A stretch of 63,575 bases of DNA, filler included, from Hausera hauseri (lineage: Eukaryota): the NCBI GenBank assembly GCA_046269625.1. It is 12 parts of 12 records of this genome, joined end to end, with 100 filler letters (N's around TTAATTAATTAA, not from the genome) between each part and the next. Parts side by side here need not be neighbours in the genome. Positions count along the whole stretch, not along the records: positions 1 to 8,122 come from JBJURY010763206.1; positions 8,223 to 12,284 come from JBJURY010785868.1; positions 12,385 to 20,729 come from JBJURY010679884.1; 9 more parts are not named here. One strand, given 5' to 3'. Below are positions 1 to 12,542 of this stretch, piece by piece (position 1 is the stretch's first letter; each line of letters starts with the position of its first letter). A program made the translations under genes and the position numbers. Below the pieces are notes generated by a model. The model was not told where the DNA came from, made no database searches, and saw only the letters and a program-made list of their open reading frames with translations.

Positions 1-500
1 GTCAAGAATTTGAGAAGCTTCTTAGGGATCTGCAACTACTATAGAAGATTTATCCAAGGTTATGCAGCAAAGGCCAAAACATTGGAGCAACTATGCGGGT
101 TGAATAACATGAAACTAATATGGACCGAGCAATGTAACGAGGCTTTCGAGTCAATGAAAAGAGCCTTAGCCACACTACCAATACTACGTTTCCCTGATTT
201 CAACAGAGAACTTATCGTCGATACGGACGCAAGCTTTGACAAAAATGGAGCGGTACTGTCACAGAAGGATAGTTTGGGGCGCGAGAGAGTGATGGCCATG
301 TATTATTTCTGTCAACATTTCAACAATTTCCTATACGGGAAACGGTTCACATTGAGAACGGACCACAAGGCAATAACGTTCATGATAAAGATAAAAAAAC
401 CGATAACAGCCCAATTTCAGACGTGAATCAACTACCTGTCCAGTGTAGACATCAACCTGGAGTACAGAAAAGGCGCATGTCATGCGAACGCAGGTATGCT
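1..500 (+). pseudogene. Ty3/Gypsy pol fragment (RT thumb/connection and RNase H), internally deleted
   Basis: LRSFLGICNYYRRFI, WTEQCNEAF, LIVDTDAS..GAVLSQ, FTLRTDHKAI. The usual AY.S...E..Y....ELLA segment is missing, and there is a stop at 424-426. Confidence 0.9.
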
Positions 501-2049
501 ATGTTGGTTAATTGCTCCCTGGAATTCCAGCAAACTTGGATGACCGGATTTTGGTAACGTCTCTTATCGGAATTAAGGCGGTTCGTAAACAAATTGATAA
601 CCTGTGCTTTTTGGGGAATCAACTTACCCCCAGAAAAAGTTGATGGAACTCCAACAAAATAAGTAGACGGAACACTGGGGAATTTTACCTTAGTCATATT
701 CAAATATTCCACTGGTTGACATCGGATTTATTGGGAAACAATGAAATAAAGAACCATAATTCGACTTTCTGTCATCATTACCCACTTTGATACGCACATC
801 ACCACCAAAATGAATCACGTCAATCTTGACTTTAATAGGAATCCCACAAATGATTAGGTCATTAGCTTTTCCTTCGTCTCCTTTAACATTGAATAATCGA
901 TCAAGAACTATTCGAGCCAACCTCCTTGGAGCAGAGGGTAATAATGGTAGATCAGACTCTTCAGAACGATAATAATTCAAACATTTCCTCACTTGAGACA
1001 TTTTAATGATTTGATCGTATCTTCGAAGGAATGCTGAAACAACACTCTTTTCCGTTGTACTGTAGGTTGTCCAACTGCCTCAATGAATATATAATTCTGA
1101 AAATTCCTCTGGTATGAGGACAAGAAAATCTTTTAACAATTAATTCACAAAATGAAATAGGTTAAATTCCAAAAGAAAGAATTACACAGACAAATTAATA
1201 TTTGTTTTCACTTTCACTTTCAATTGTTCATTCATTTTTTACCGTGATGTATTTAAACATTTACTCCTATATAGTTTTTTTAGTTAACAAAAATCGGGTA
1301 AATCGACTCCCCTCCTCAAGAAACCCGACGACACTTTTCCCAGAATACATTCAAAAACTTGACAGATTTGAAAGAGTTCTCCTAATTCTGCTACATCACT
1401 ATTGGCATTCTGTTCAACAATTGCTTGTAACAATTCGTTGTACGAATTCGATACATTTGATATCGGGCAAATGCCGATTTGCTCGCGCGGGAACACAGCA
1501 GGAGGGCACCCTGCCCGTGGCAAAGGTGAAACTATAACGCAACAAAAAAGGAGGAAAAGTGTTTGTACCATATTCGGTTTTTGTGTGTACAAGATGTTGT
1601 ACTTTGTCGAAGTTTTGTTATCTACTGTACTTACTAAAAGTAACTCTGCGTGTCGTGCTTGCGTATTTGGAGTTTGCTTGCCGAGGTGTTAGTTGAGGAA
1701 AAAATGTCGCATTTTATCGTGAGTATTATTTTGGTTGAAGAAGGTGAAGATTGGAAAGGGTAGTTAGTAAAAGTTGAAGATGAAAGAAGAGGTGGAGATG
1801 TGAAAGATTGAGGATTTGGGAGGGCTCAGACGTTGAGGAGGATTGAGGAAAGATATGACATGAAGCAGAATTTGAAGAATGCGTGTTTGAAGAAAGTTGA
1901 AGATGTGAAGGAGAATGCAAATTTGGAAAAAGTTGAAGGCAAGAATCGAAAGAAGATTTATCTTCAATTGAAAGTCGTGTGTATTTAGTTACATTTGATG
2001 AGCGTGAAATGGTACTAAAGGAATCAAGAAAGGTGCCAGTAGGGTTGGT

Positions 2050-3337
2050 GTTGGTTTGTGTGTCTTCGGGAGAATCATCAATGAAGAAGGCTGGTTTTAA
2101 GTTTGTGACGTGCACATTTTGTTCTTTACCACTTTTAAGAATGGTAGCTGTATGAGAGGATAAATATAAAAGTTTGAATGGCCCCACGTATTGCGGTTGG
2201 GAACTAGTAGGTGAAGGATTGCGAAGCTAGACAAACCTGGCAGTATACAATCATTTGGTATATTTGACTTGTTATAATTTACTATTTTGCAAAATGAGCC
2301 TTTGTTTAGTATTACAGTGATTTTGCGCGCTACGAATCAGCTCGTCCGTTGGTGTGTTGTCCACATCAGTTAACACGTAAAGTGCTCGAATCAGTGTTCC
2401 AAACAGTGTTTCAGATGGTGCACGACCCGTGGTGGTGGAGGGTGTGTTTCGCCAGCCAAGCAGGACAAGAAGTAGAAGAGCTGTCCAGTTTCTGTGTGAT
2501 TCAGTAAGGATTTTAAGTGAGGTCTTTATTGAGCGGTGAAATCTTTCTAGTAAACCGTTCGCTTGGGGATGATATGGCGAAGTGTGTATGTTTAATCCAC
2601 AAGCGATTGACTAAGGATTTAAAGAGATTTGACTCGAATTATGGACCTTGGTCCGTGATAATGAAGCGAGGGGAGCCAAATCTGCTGATCCACGTTTTGA
2701 TGAAGAGCTCAGCGATAGTGTCTGTGTTGGTAGAACGTAATGGAATGGCTTCTAGCCATCGAGAAGCACGGTCCATCATGGTGAGTATGAATTGATGACC
2801 GTTGTCTGGGCGAAGAGGGCCCACTAGGTCCTTATGAACGGATTCAAAACGCGATGTACAGGTGAAGTGATATAATGGTGGCTTCAGATGCTTGTGAGTT
2901 TTGAATTTTTGGCACGCCAAGCATTCCTTAACCCACACCTGTACGTCTGATCTCATCGGCGGCCATATAACGCTACGTTGCAGAAGACGAAAAATTGCTT
3001 TGGCACCCGGATGATAAAGAGTATGTACGTTATGAAATGCAGTTTTCTGCAAAGATGAAGACAAAATTGGTTTGTGATTAACGGGTTTAGAAGTGTCATA
3101 GGCTATTCCGTCTATGATTTTGTGCCATTTAAAATACTTAATAATTTCCTGTGCTGGTACGTTTTGCCGAAGTTCTGCCTGTGAGAATTTGGGAGTGACT
3201 CCAATGATGTTAACCGTTCTGGACAAAAAATCGGCAACCAAATTGTCAGTGCCTGAAATATGTACAATTTTGAAACTGAATGTCGACAAGTACGATTTGT
3301 GACGTTCGTGTCGAGGTGAGGGAGCTTTCATATCCAT
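2050..3337 (-). pseudogene. Gypsy RNase H end and integrase
   Basis: NLVADFLSR, HHCC zinc-binding motif, DLVGP, WLEAIPL, WISRFGSP, ITDQG. Stop at 2639; a GPF-type motif lies near 2180. Confidence 0.92.
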
Positions 3338-3888
3338 GATGCGAATAAGAGGTTTGTGGTCAGTTTGAATCGTAAAAGACCTGGCAATTTACAAATGCGA
3401 GAAATGTTTCACGGCTAATACTATAGCTAGGAGCTCTCTGTCGAACGTTGAGTGACGACTTTCTATTGATGTAAGTTTCGGAGAATAAAATTCCAGAGGC
3501 TCGTTGACTCCGACGGCTGTGGTAGAGGCCTCTGTGGTTAATATCAGATCTGCGTCAGGCTGGGATAAGCTAGAATATCGACAGCTTTTAAACCTTCACG
3601 TAAATGGTCAAACTGGTTGACAAGTTCAGGAGTCCAGTGAATTAATTGTTCCTTCCATCCAGACGATAAAAATGCAAACGGTGCGGTTAATTCAGAGCAG
3701 TGCGCACATATTTGTGAACAAAGTGGAGTGTGCCAAGAAAAGAGCGCATTTCAGTTGTTGTTCGTGGCAATTGAATGTCTTTAAGCTGAGTTATGCGGGC
3801 TTGCTGAGGAGAGTGGCCAAATTTGGTGATGGCATGACCAAGGAAATTGATCTTGTATTGGAAAAAGGAGCATTTGGCGAAATTTACT

Positions 3889-4707
3889 TTAAATTATTTT
3901 GATGAAGGCGTTGAAAACTATGCGTAAGTGCTCAGAATGTTGTTTAGAGGATGACGATGCTATGAGAATGTTATCTATGTAAGGGAATGCAAAGTTTAGA
4001 CCGGCAAGAATTGTGTCTATGTGCCTTTGAAATGTTTGAGAGGCATTACGCAGACCAAAGGGCATGAAGACATACTCAAAAAGGCCAAAAGGTGTTGTTA
4101 CAGCAGTTTTCTGTATGTCAGCAGGTGAGACAGGAATCTGATGGTAGGCTTTATGAAGATCGATGGATGAAAATATGGTGTTTCCATTGAGTTTGTATAG
4201 GATATCATTGATGAGCCGTAATGCATATGCGTCCATTACCACAATGGTGTACAATAGGCGATAATCGCCACAGGGCCTGAAAGTACCGTCCTTCTTTGGT
4301 ACTACGTGTAGAGGTGAGGCTAAAGGTGACTTTGATTTTCTTATAATTCCTGCCTTTTCTAATTCATTGAACTCCGATTCCACAGTTTTGCGTCTGCATG
4401 GAGAAAGTGGTCTAACCTTCTGTTTAATTGATCTTTGGTGTTCAGTGACGATGTGATGGTACGTCGTAGAAGCAGGCTTGAAATTTAGGTCTTTCTTCAA
4501 TGCTCTAGGACAAGAAGTTGTGATATAGTCACGAAAGGCTATGTCCAGTTGCATCAATTGTGAGGTGAGGTGTGAGGTTGTGTCGGTGTTGGCAACTGTT
4601 TTTCTTGATACTGTACGAATGGAAACGTCACAATCGGAGTTATCAACATTCAATTTGTCTAATTTAACAAAGGATTTCTTTAGTATAGACTCCGGAGTTA
4701 CAGCCAA
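3889..4707 (-). pseudogene. Gypsy reverse transcriptase, inactive
   Basis: FSSIDLHKAYHQIPV, KTAVTTPFGLFEY, MPFGLRNASQTFQR. The catalytic YIDD reads YIDN. Confidence 0.93.
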
Positions 4708-7700
4708 CTGCGTGACCAGTGGTGCATTATTTTGTGGTTGTATTTTTGATCACACGATGCTGTCTGCAGTCGACAAGTAAATTGTAGTGCGATAGAACAT
4801 CAGAACCTAAGATGGGAGTTGTCATATAAGCAACAATAAACGTCCATTGAAAAAGTTCAGAGAAATGTGTTAAGGTGAAGGAGACGTCTGCAGTACCAGA
4901 AATGCGTAAAGATTGCACATTGGCAGTAAATAGCCTAGCAGAGGTGGGAAGAATTTTTAAAGAATGGAAAGATGAAAGTAGTAATGAGACGGCTGTAGCC
5001 GAATCAATCAAGAATTTAGTATGGTGTGGAGATGTAAGTGCAGCGTCCAATAGGAAAACAGCATGAGTGCGGCTGTTAAGTGATGAAAGATGGCCTTTGC
5101 CAGAATTTACCGTAGTTTCTGGCGGCTTTAGGTGTTTTTTGAATAGATGAAGAAGTTGGAGTGTTCTGGGTGTAAAACGTACACCATATAAGTAGCGTTT
5201 TGCACTGTCTTTGAACTTACTGTGATTAGAATTTACAGCCTATACAGCATTTTCGGCACTTCGATTGAATTTGGTGTGATAATAGCCGTCGCGAAGGCGA
5301 CTGGCCATCCTGGAGTTTACAGACAACGGTCAGCTTCAATTTGCACTGAGTCGCTCACGACTGGGAAAGGAAAGAGCGTCGAGTCTGCTGGATATAGCCG
5401 AAATAGCCTTGATGTAAAGCCGAATTTTCGGCTCGCATATGTTGAATTTCATTAACTATGTTGTTTGCGTTGTTTGGCGAGTTTTTTAACTGTAGATGTG
5501 CAACTATTGTTGGTGATTGCGTTGCGTGTAAAGCTGAAATCGTTGTACGTGCATTATTGTTATGAAAAATTTCATAACCTTTGTCCGCAAGTTGCGCCAG
5601 TTTATCTACCCACGTAGAATCCTCCACTAAAGTGAGAAGTGCGCGGATTTGGATTGGCAAGGATGATAAGAAATAACGTCTGAGAAGATCAGCGTTATTT
5701 TGTTGGTTCACGCCTAGTGAATTAAGTTGTCAGAGTGAGGTTCGAAGGAATTCTGAAGGTTTTTGCTGGCCAAGAGCATTTTCGTTGAAGTATTTTTGAA
5801 TATTAGAGTCTAGCGAAGGCCCAGTTGATGTACTTACGGCGTCCAATTGCGATTTGTAGAGGTCGGAGTAATTGAAAATATCAGATAGATTAGTGTCGAA
5901 GGATTTTTTGTTGGGCGGCAGATGAATTAGTAAACTGTTGGCTTTCTGAAAGGAATCGGTGATTTTGTGTGAGGCTTGTCAATTTGCGTGGAAATCTAGC
6001 CATGTTCTGCTGGAATTCTAACTATCAACGAAAGAATTGACGCACTGAAAGTGTGAAAAGGAGGAAGGAGTTGGCGACACGAAGGTTATGTTAGGCGACT
6101 TTTTTATCTCATCAGAGTTTGGGTCAGAACCACCATAAAGTTTAGGCTGAAGCGTGACACAAATGGATGAAAAAGGATGCAAAAGAAAGCTATACAGACG
6201 ATCATGCTGACGGATGTTAAAGCCATTGAAAAACAAGGCAAATTCAGACATGTCGGTGGCGTGTAAGATTGGAGTATGTAGCTCTTTTCCTAAGGTATCA
6301 TGATTTGCGGTATGAGTGTGGATGCGTATGTTGTATTTAAAAATGAAAATGGAAAAATAGGGCTGGTTGGAGCAAGAAGCGCGATGTGGTAACTGTTAAC
6401 ATTGGGGTTAAGCGTAATTAAACACTCAACCTTTACTTTATGCTAATATGTAAAGAGTAGACACCTTGATATTTGTTAGGTTTCGTGGACTCCAAAATCA
6501 TGACTTGAAGGGTTTTAGGAGTGCTATAATTTCATCGTATTCATTGTTCTCCTACTAATCACATGCTGTCATATATCGACATATGTACATGAGTTAATGA
6601 TTTAAATTTATGGGAGTGATACATTTATTAACAGTCTATAAGTCTATATCGAAATAAGGAATTTGTATTAGCGGTCATTTTGTATGCATTCGTTTTATAA
6701 TGTTGAGCATAATAACAATTTCGGAATAGTTCGATGTGCTTAATTTCTCAACAACGATTTAAACTACAACTTGTCTGTAATACTTCGTAGAGGTCATTCA
6801 AAATATCGGTCCAACATTTGCTTTCGTAACCTCGATTTAATAATGCTAAGGGGCTTCCATTTCTTGTAATATTGATAATTGGATGTTCGTCACCTTAAAA
6901 TTTCATTATAATTAATTAATCGAGGTCTTTATTCCTATTAAAATTTCGTAATGGATAATTATAATATCCGGTATGTATATCTCAGTCTGAATTTATCATA
7001 AGCCAAATCATATATTCTATCTCCATATTACTCGTCATTTGCATTATTCATATATGTATACATGAATTAACCCAAGGATATAGCATCTTATGATAGACAT
7101 TAGATATTTTTTTCAATGGTGTAACTTTCACTTCGAACTCTATATCAAACTGAATTTGTGGGGAATTTTCTCTGATACCAATATTATCATCATACCTCAT
7201 TAATTCTACTCAACCTTTATGGATTTCGATTATTTCTATTGTATATTACTGATCATCAACAACCAAAGATCATGCATTACTAGGTTTTTAAAGATCATCC
7301 AAACGGTTCGACTAATATTTGCTGAACTAACCGTTATTATTCTCAACGGCCACAAACATCGGGGCAGAAATAATGCATAATGGGTAGTTAATAATACTAA
7401 TTATATTTCTGTTTGTAATCTATATTCCATTATTTCCGAAGCTAACTCCCAAGGTAGTAATAATAATTATTCAAGACTCCAGAACCCAAGAGGCTGTAAT
7501 TTGCATTTTTATATTTAATTCCTTTAGTACAATTGGGATTATTCTTCATCTCTTCCATAACCTTGTACATAACCCTCATCGATGAATATTGTTACCTAAA
7601 TTTTTAAGTTAATCACGCCGCATCAGTTTAACATTTGTCCCCCTTTTTGCATCAAAAGATTGGTCCACTATTGAATTAACAAATTTCAAATAAAATTTTT

Positions 7701-9086
7701 ATCTAACGAAACCAAACACAAAATCGCCCATATTTAGTTATAGATTTGTATTAATTTTAACACTTCAGTCTAATTCTCCGTGGAACATAATTGTGGGTTT
7801 TGTTGGGTTAAAATAAATCCAAAACGACGATAACAATAAATCCAGAGAAGAAGTTTAATAAGAAGAGTTATCAATTAATGATCCACAAATCAATATCTTA
7901 TATATACATATTAATGTCCATATATCTATATACATATATATAGAAAGTCGTGACAAAAGCTTTTCAGTGACAACATTCACAGAAAACCCCAATCATTTCA
8001 TTCTGGAGATTCACCACAATGTGGGCACCACAACATGACGAGATACGAAGAATTAGCCGACAACTTCCAGATAGCTTGATTGAAGATAAAATATATGAGC
8101 TACAAGAAAGAGATATCTTAAGNNNNNNNNNNNNNNNNNNNNNNNNNNNNNNNNNNNNNNNNNNNNTTAATTAATTAANNNNNNNNNNNNNNNNNNNNNN
8201 NNNNNNNNNNNNNNNNNNNNNNACATAGTTCTACGCACCTGTCAACTTACTTTGTTACAAGTGGTGTCCGTGATCCAGCGAACCAAGGCAGCAAAACAAT
8301 ACTGTTTCCTCAGCGTTATTGTACCCAGCTTCACCAGTTTATCACCAGCATCAATTTGTTCGGTGATTTCGTCGCAACACTAATACTCCAGATGTGCCTA
8401 TGATCCGGCGACGACCAGCGACTGTGCAAATCTTGAATGAGCAGACTTACGTGTGCGACACCCCGTAATAAACAGAAACTAACGCAGAAAAGAAGTGTTT
8501 TATTGTGTCAAAAGTTGCACACCTGAGACGGCAAAGCCAACTTGTTTGTGTGAATCGATGTAAACCAAGAACTCTACCTGCCGCACATCATCAATGAACG
8601 TAAGAATACGACTACACCTGAGATGACCAAAGCCAACCCGTGCATGTGAGACTACATAGAGAAATAACTTTTTTGCAGACGATTGACAATAAATACAAAA
8701 TTAACAACTACACCTGTTGACCTCAGATGAGCCTAAGACAATCTTTAAACATTAACAACCAAATGTGCTGTGAATGCCGATGTTTTTCTACATGTGTATC
8801 CTAACCGCACCGAGAAATCTCCACAACCAAGAAACCGGGACGGACGGGACGCCATATGTAAGACCTTAATTATTTTTAGTTAAGTATTATATTTAGTTAT
8901 TTCTTTTGTGAATTTAGGTATAATTTGTACCTAAATTTTTGTTGTTAGCCTAATTTTTAAAATTGTAAACTCATATTTAATCTCTTAAATTACCAGTTAT
9001 TACTCTTCAAATTGAAAGAGGACATAACATCAAGACACTAACACTGACAGAGATCGCTAACTGCTTAGTTTTAAAAGGAGTATAAC

Positions 9087-10592
9087 ATGGAATTTAGACC
9101 AGCAAGTTACAAATGGCGAAGGAATCAGTTTAACAGAAATGATAATTCTTTCAGAGATAGGGGTTATTCTTCTGTAATGGAATCTTCTAATAAACGTTGG
9201 ACGGGAGAAAGAAAGAAGAATATTTATACGTGTTTTTATTGTAAGTCCAAAAATCATTTGGAAGCGGGTTGTTTAAGAAAAGGTCCAAGGACAAATAACT
9301 GGAGAACTAAGGATGAGGAAATCCTTTACACCCGAAATAATAATCCAAGCTTAAATGTAAGCACAGGACAACGACACGAAGCTAGAAATTTAAGAAGAAA
9401 TAACAGAAAGAGCGAGGGAAACAACTTTTCGGGACATTGGAATTCTGCAGAAAAATGTACTAAAAACAGACAGGAACATAGAAGCGGAAGAGGCCGAAAT
9501 GATAGGTTGTATGAAATAGTAGATAGGCTAGTGTGGGAAGTTGAACATTTGAAGAAGGAGGTACACGAGTTTAGAACAGTAAATGGACAATACAGTGTGA
9601 AACCACACACAAATAGTAGAAAGAACGTTAAAGACAGAAAGGTTATAGAAATAGGAGCCATAAATGCGAGAAAAACGAAGAGACAAGAAGAGTGTGCAAC
9701 TATGGAAAACCGCTGCGTTGGGGAGATTAGAACTACGACAACACAGACAAAAGGACTGAGTAAAGGACTTGAGACTATGGACGTAGCGATAACTGCAGTA
9801 GTACAAAGCGACAGTAAGGAAATCCAAACTATAGAGACCAAACACATAATACAAACTAGAGATATAGGAATAACTGCAGCTGCACATAAGGTATGTCAGG
9901 ACATACAAACTCAGACCAAACCGAGTGAAATTCATACTAGAGACATAGGGATATCAGTAGCCGTTAATACGATAAGTCGAGAAATACAAACTAAAAGGGC
10001 GAAAAAGGATCAGAAGGACGAACAAATTAAGGTAGCATTGACAAAAATTAAAGATTTAGAGGAACTTTTACGGCAGAAAGAGGCAACCATCCTTGAATTA
10101 AATGACCAAATTGTGAAGCTTCAATCAAATTCGAACGATGTGCAACAAAGACTGGGAAATGATATTGAATGGCTCAAACAACAATTATCGGAATGCGAGA
10201 AGCAGGCAGAACAGTCGTCGGCTGAAAACGAAAAACTGCGGATGTCCGGCGATCGCCATGAAAATTCCAAAGGTGCATTAGAAACACATCTAAAACAATT
10301 TAAGGAAACTCTGGAAGGAAAAGATGCACTGATCACTGAAATCAAGAAAAGGAACGATACCCTATCGAAATCAAATAATGCGTTGAAGCTAAAATTGCAG
10401 GATAACAATAAATTACTCAAGGAAAAGATAGATTTCGCTAAAGAATTAGATTCAAAGTTCACAGATCACTATAGAGCAATACGTAATATGAAATATCAAT
10501 GTCATGCTCGGAAACTCAATGGGAAAGGATATAAATGCTGTTTTGTATGCGATTCCGCAGCAGCATATGATATTGATATATCATTGTGGTAA
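9087..10592 (+). CDS. Intact intronless 501-aa protein: N-terminal CCHC zinc knuckle, three 27-aa TQT-type repeats, long coiled coil, Cys-rich tail (Gag-like or orphan)
   Basis: CFYCKSKNHLEAGC fits C-x2-C-x4-H-x4-C. Repeats T(M/R)D(V/I)(A/G)I...(K/R/Q)(E/D)IQT; heptad-rich C-terminal half; 1.5 kb open in AT-rich DNA. Confidence 0.8.
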   Translation: MEFRPASYKWRRNQFNRNDNSFRDRGYSSVMESSNKRWTGERKKNIYTCFYCKSKNHLEAGCLRKGPRTNNWRTKDEEILYTRNNNPSLNVSTGQRHEARNLRRNNRKSEGNNFSGHWNSAEKCTKNRQEHRSGRGRNDRLYEIVDRLVWEVEHLKKEVHEFRTVNGQYSVKPHTNSRKNVKDRKVIEIGAINARKTKRQEECATMENRCVGEIRTTTTQTKGLSKGLETMDVAITAVVQSDSKEIQTIETKHIIQTRDIGITAAAHKVCQDIQTQTKPSEIHTRDIGISVAVNTISREIQTKRAKKDQKDEQIKVALTKIKDLEELLRQKEATILELNDQIVKLQSNSNDVQQRLGNDIEWLKQQLSECEKQAEQSSAENEKLRMSGDRHENSKGALETHLKQFKETLEGKDALITEIKKRNDTLSKSNNALKLKLQDNNKLLKEKIDFAKELDSKFTDHYRAIRNMKYQCHARKLNGKGYKCCFVCDSAAAYDIDISLW

Positions 10593-12384
10593 CAAAGGAT
10601 TACCCAAAATTGAGACACAAGTTATCACAGTCACTAACCAGGTAAACTAAGGACAGGGTTGAGTTTAAGAGTGAAGATATTTTTGTTGACTTGTTGTATA
10701 CACTTAAGCGTTTTGATGGAAGTCAAAGCCCAGCTCGGTAGAGTGAAGTGTTAGAAACAATAAATACAAGGGAAGATGATCTGATCATGTGTATGGTTGG
10801 AGACGTCTTGTAGTGGGAGTGAACCCGATACACATAGCGGATAGCTGATTGATGTGTATTCTTTACTGTCATGTTTTGATTTAAATCAGAACAATATGCG
10901 GTTCGCAGACAGTTTTATATTGACAGATGATCAATTTAACATGTGTGGAGAGAAAGGAGTAGAAATAGTATATTGGTGATTTTGTAGAATATGGATTGTA
11001 AAGAGTGTTGGTACACCCAGGTGTTTCTGAATATAGGATTTGATGGGTGGTAATGTCTTTGAAATGTTCGTTGATGGGATATATTTTGTATTAAATGGTG
11101 ATACTTGCTTGAATCCCACCATTTAAAATGTTGGTTTTGATTGTAATAATGTATTGGTATTTTTCATTTTTAAAATATTCATGTTTTAGGTTAGATAGTT
11201 TCAGTCTTTAATATGTCTGATATATGAAATATGATTATATAGGATTGCAACACTTTATTATTATAGTCAATTTTGTTGCTGCAACATTTGGTTTTTGTGT
11301 GAATGTACAAGTGGTTTCATGCTTGACTGATTATTGCTTCAGTTTTAGAGTGATATGTATATGACTGGTCGTTTTTTTTATATTTCGTGTGTGGGTATTA
11401 GTATTGACAGACGAACTGATTGCCAACACATAAACCAGGTTCTGTGACCAGTGTTCGTCATCTGTTTTTGGTATGGAGGACAATATTTCATGTATGCTAT
11501 TTCTATGCACAGTGTGTCCTCTTATTTTGTTTATGCATGTGGAACATGGTATACCATTTATAATATGTGTATGTTATGCTTTCAGTTTTATGACCATGTA
11601 ATGGGCATATATTATTTCATGCAATTGTTGTATTGCTACTTTTAGTTTTGGGATTTGCAGTAAGCATGCAGGTGGCAAAATTACAAAAAGCGGTTCCCCT
11701 GAGTGACATTCAAGTCATAGGACACACCAGACGTAGACGTGGAGGCTTGAAAGACATAAGGATCTCATTGCTTAAAGGATTGTTTGAATCATGGTGGAAC
11801 ACAGGAAATAACTGAGCTAGGGTGAGATATATGAAGGGAAAACTTGGTACAGTTTCACGCTGCACCTTGCATATCTTTTTTCCTTCCCCATCCCAATCTT
11901 TTTAGGACATACATTTTGTTTTCAGATCATTTCATAGACCTTGCAACAGAACCTTTGGGTTCAAAGTGCCTCAGATGATTGATGAGCCCTCTGAACCTTC
12001 AGCAGATTCTTTAGCAGGTTTACCTGAGTGGTGATTGGTGGATCAGGTGACTCGATTAACGGGTTATTCTTTGCTAATAACTTCAAAATGAAGTGTGAGC
12101 ATTGATAAAATCATTGTTTATACAATACGAGATGTACTACATTTACAAATATGATTCAGGAATATGGAGAATGTACTGTTTAGTGCAATTTAGCTGTAGT
12201 GCCAGGCATAAAGATGCTTTTGGATTTGTTCAGGTGCTCCTTTTTAGTGCCTGTCCAATAGTATACTTTGACTGTAATACAAATNNNNNNNNNNNNNNNN
12301 NNNNNNNNNNNNNNNNNNNNNNNNNNNNTTAATTAATTAANNNNNNNNNNNNNNNNNNNNNNNNNNNNNNNNNNNNNNNNNNNN

Positions 12385-12535
12385 GTTTTGTATTTATGTC
12401 AGATATTTGAAAAACTTCATCACTCCAATTCTGATCAAAGTTTTTAACAAATGGTGAAGCATTTATTTTTGATATTCGTACAAAATCACAGATTTTATAT
12501 TTTGTTTTACGTTTCTTTACTTCAACATTATGTAC
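12385..12535 (-). pseudogene. Polinton/Maverick integrase C-terminal fragment
   Basis: KYKICDFVRISKINASPFVKNFDQNWSDEVFQI, closely paralleling VRISKISTTPFIKNFNQN*SDEIF at ~23710-23790. Confidence 0.85.
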
Positions 12536-12542
12536 ATCATTC

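Larger units (their letters stand above)
1726..6251 (-). mobile_element. Degraded Ty3/Gypsy LTR retrotransposon, CsRn1-like (gag-PR-RT-RH-IN)
   Basis: Domains in order on the minus strand: Gag (LGQQKPSEFLR, LLRRYFLSSLP..IRALL, degenerate CHCC at ~5230-5290), protease FLIDSA (~5000), RT (SPLHVVPKKDGTFRPCGDYR, MPFGLRNA, YIDN), RNase H (TFDRELLAI, TDHKPL), integrase (HPG..C..C, VHKDLVGP, IITDQG). Many stops and frameshifts. Confidence 0.93.

Noticed and set aside
500-1200. Minus-strand ORFs 452-712 and 690-1001 as a host gene
   Set aside because: Coding-like but frameshifted, with no recognisable motif.
6420-7800. Possible decayed gene with a 21-nt GT-AG intron (minus strand, ~7596-7616)
   Set aside because: All frames contain many stops and no family was identified. 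Short GT..AG matches arise by chance in AT-rich DNA.
9326-10462. Hydrophobic antisense ORFs opposite the 501-aa gene
   Set aside because: They are shadow ORFs of an A-rich coding strand.
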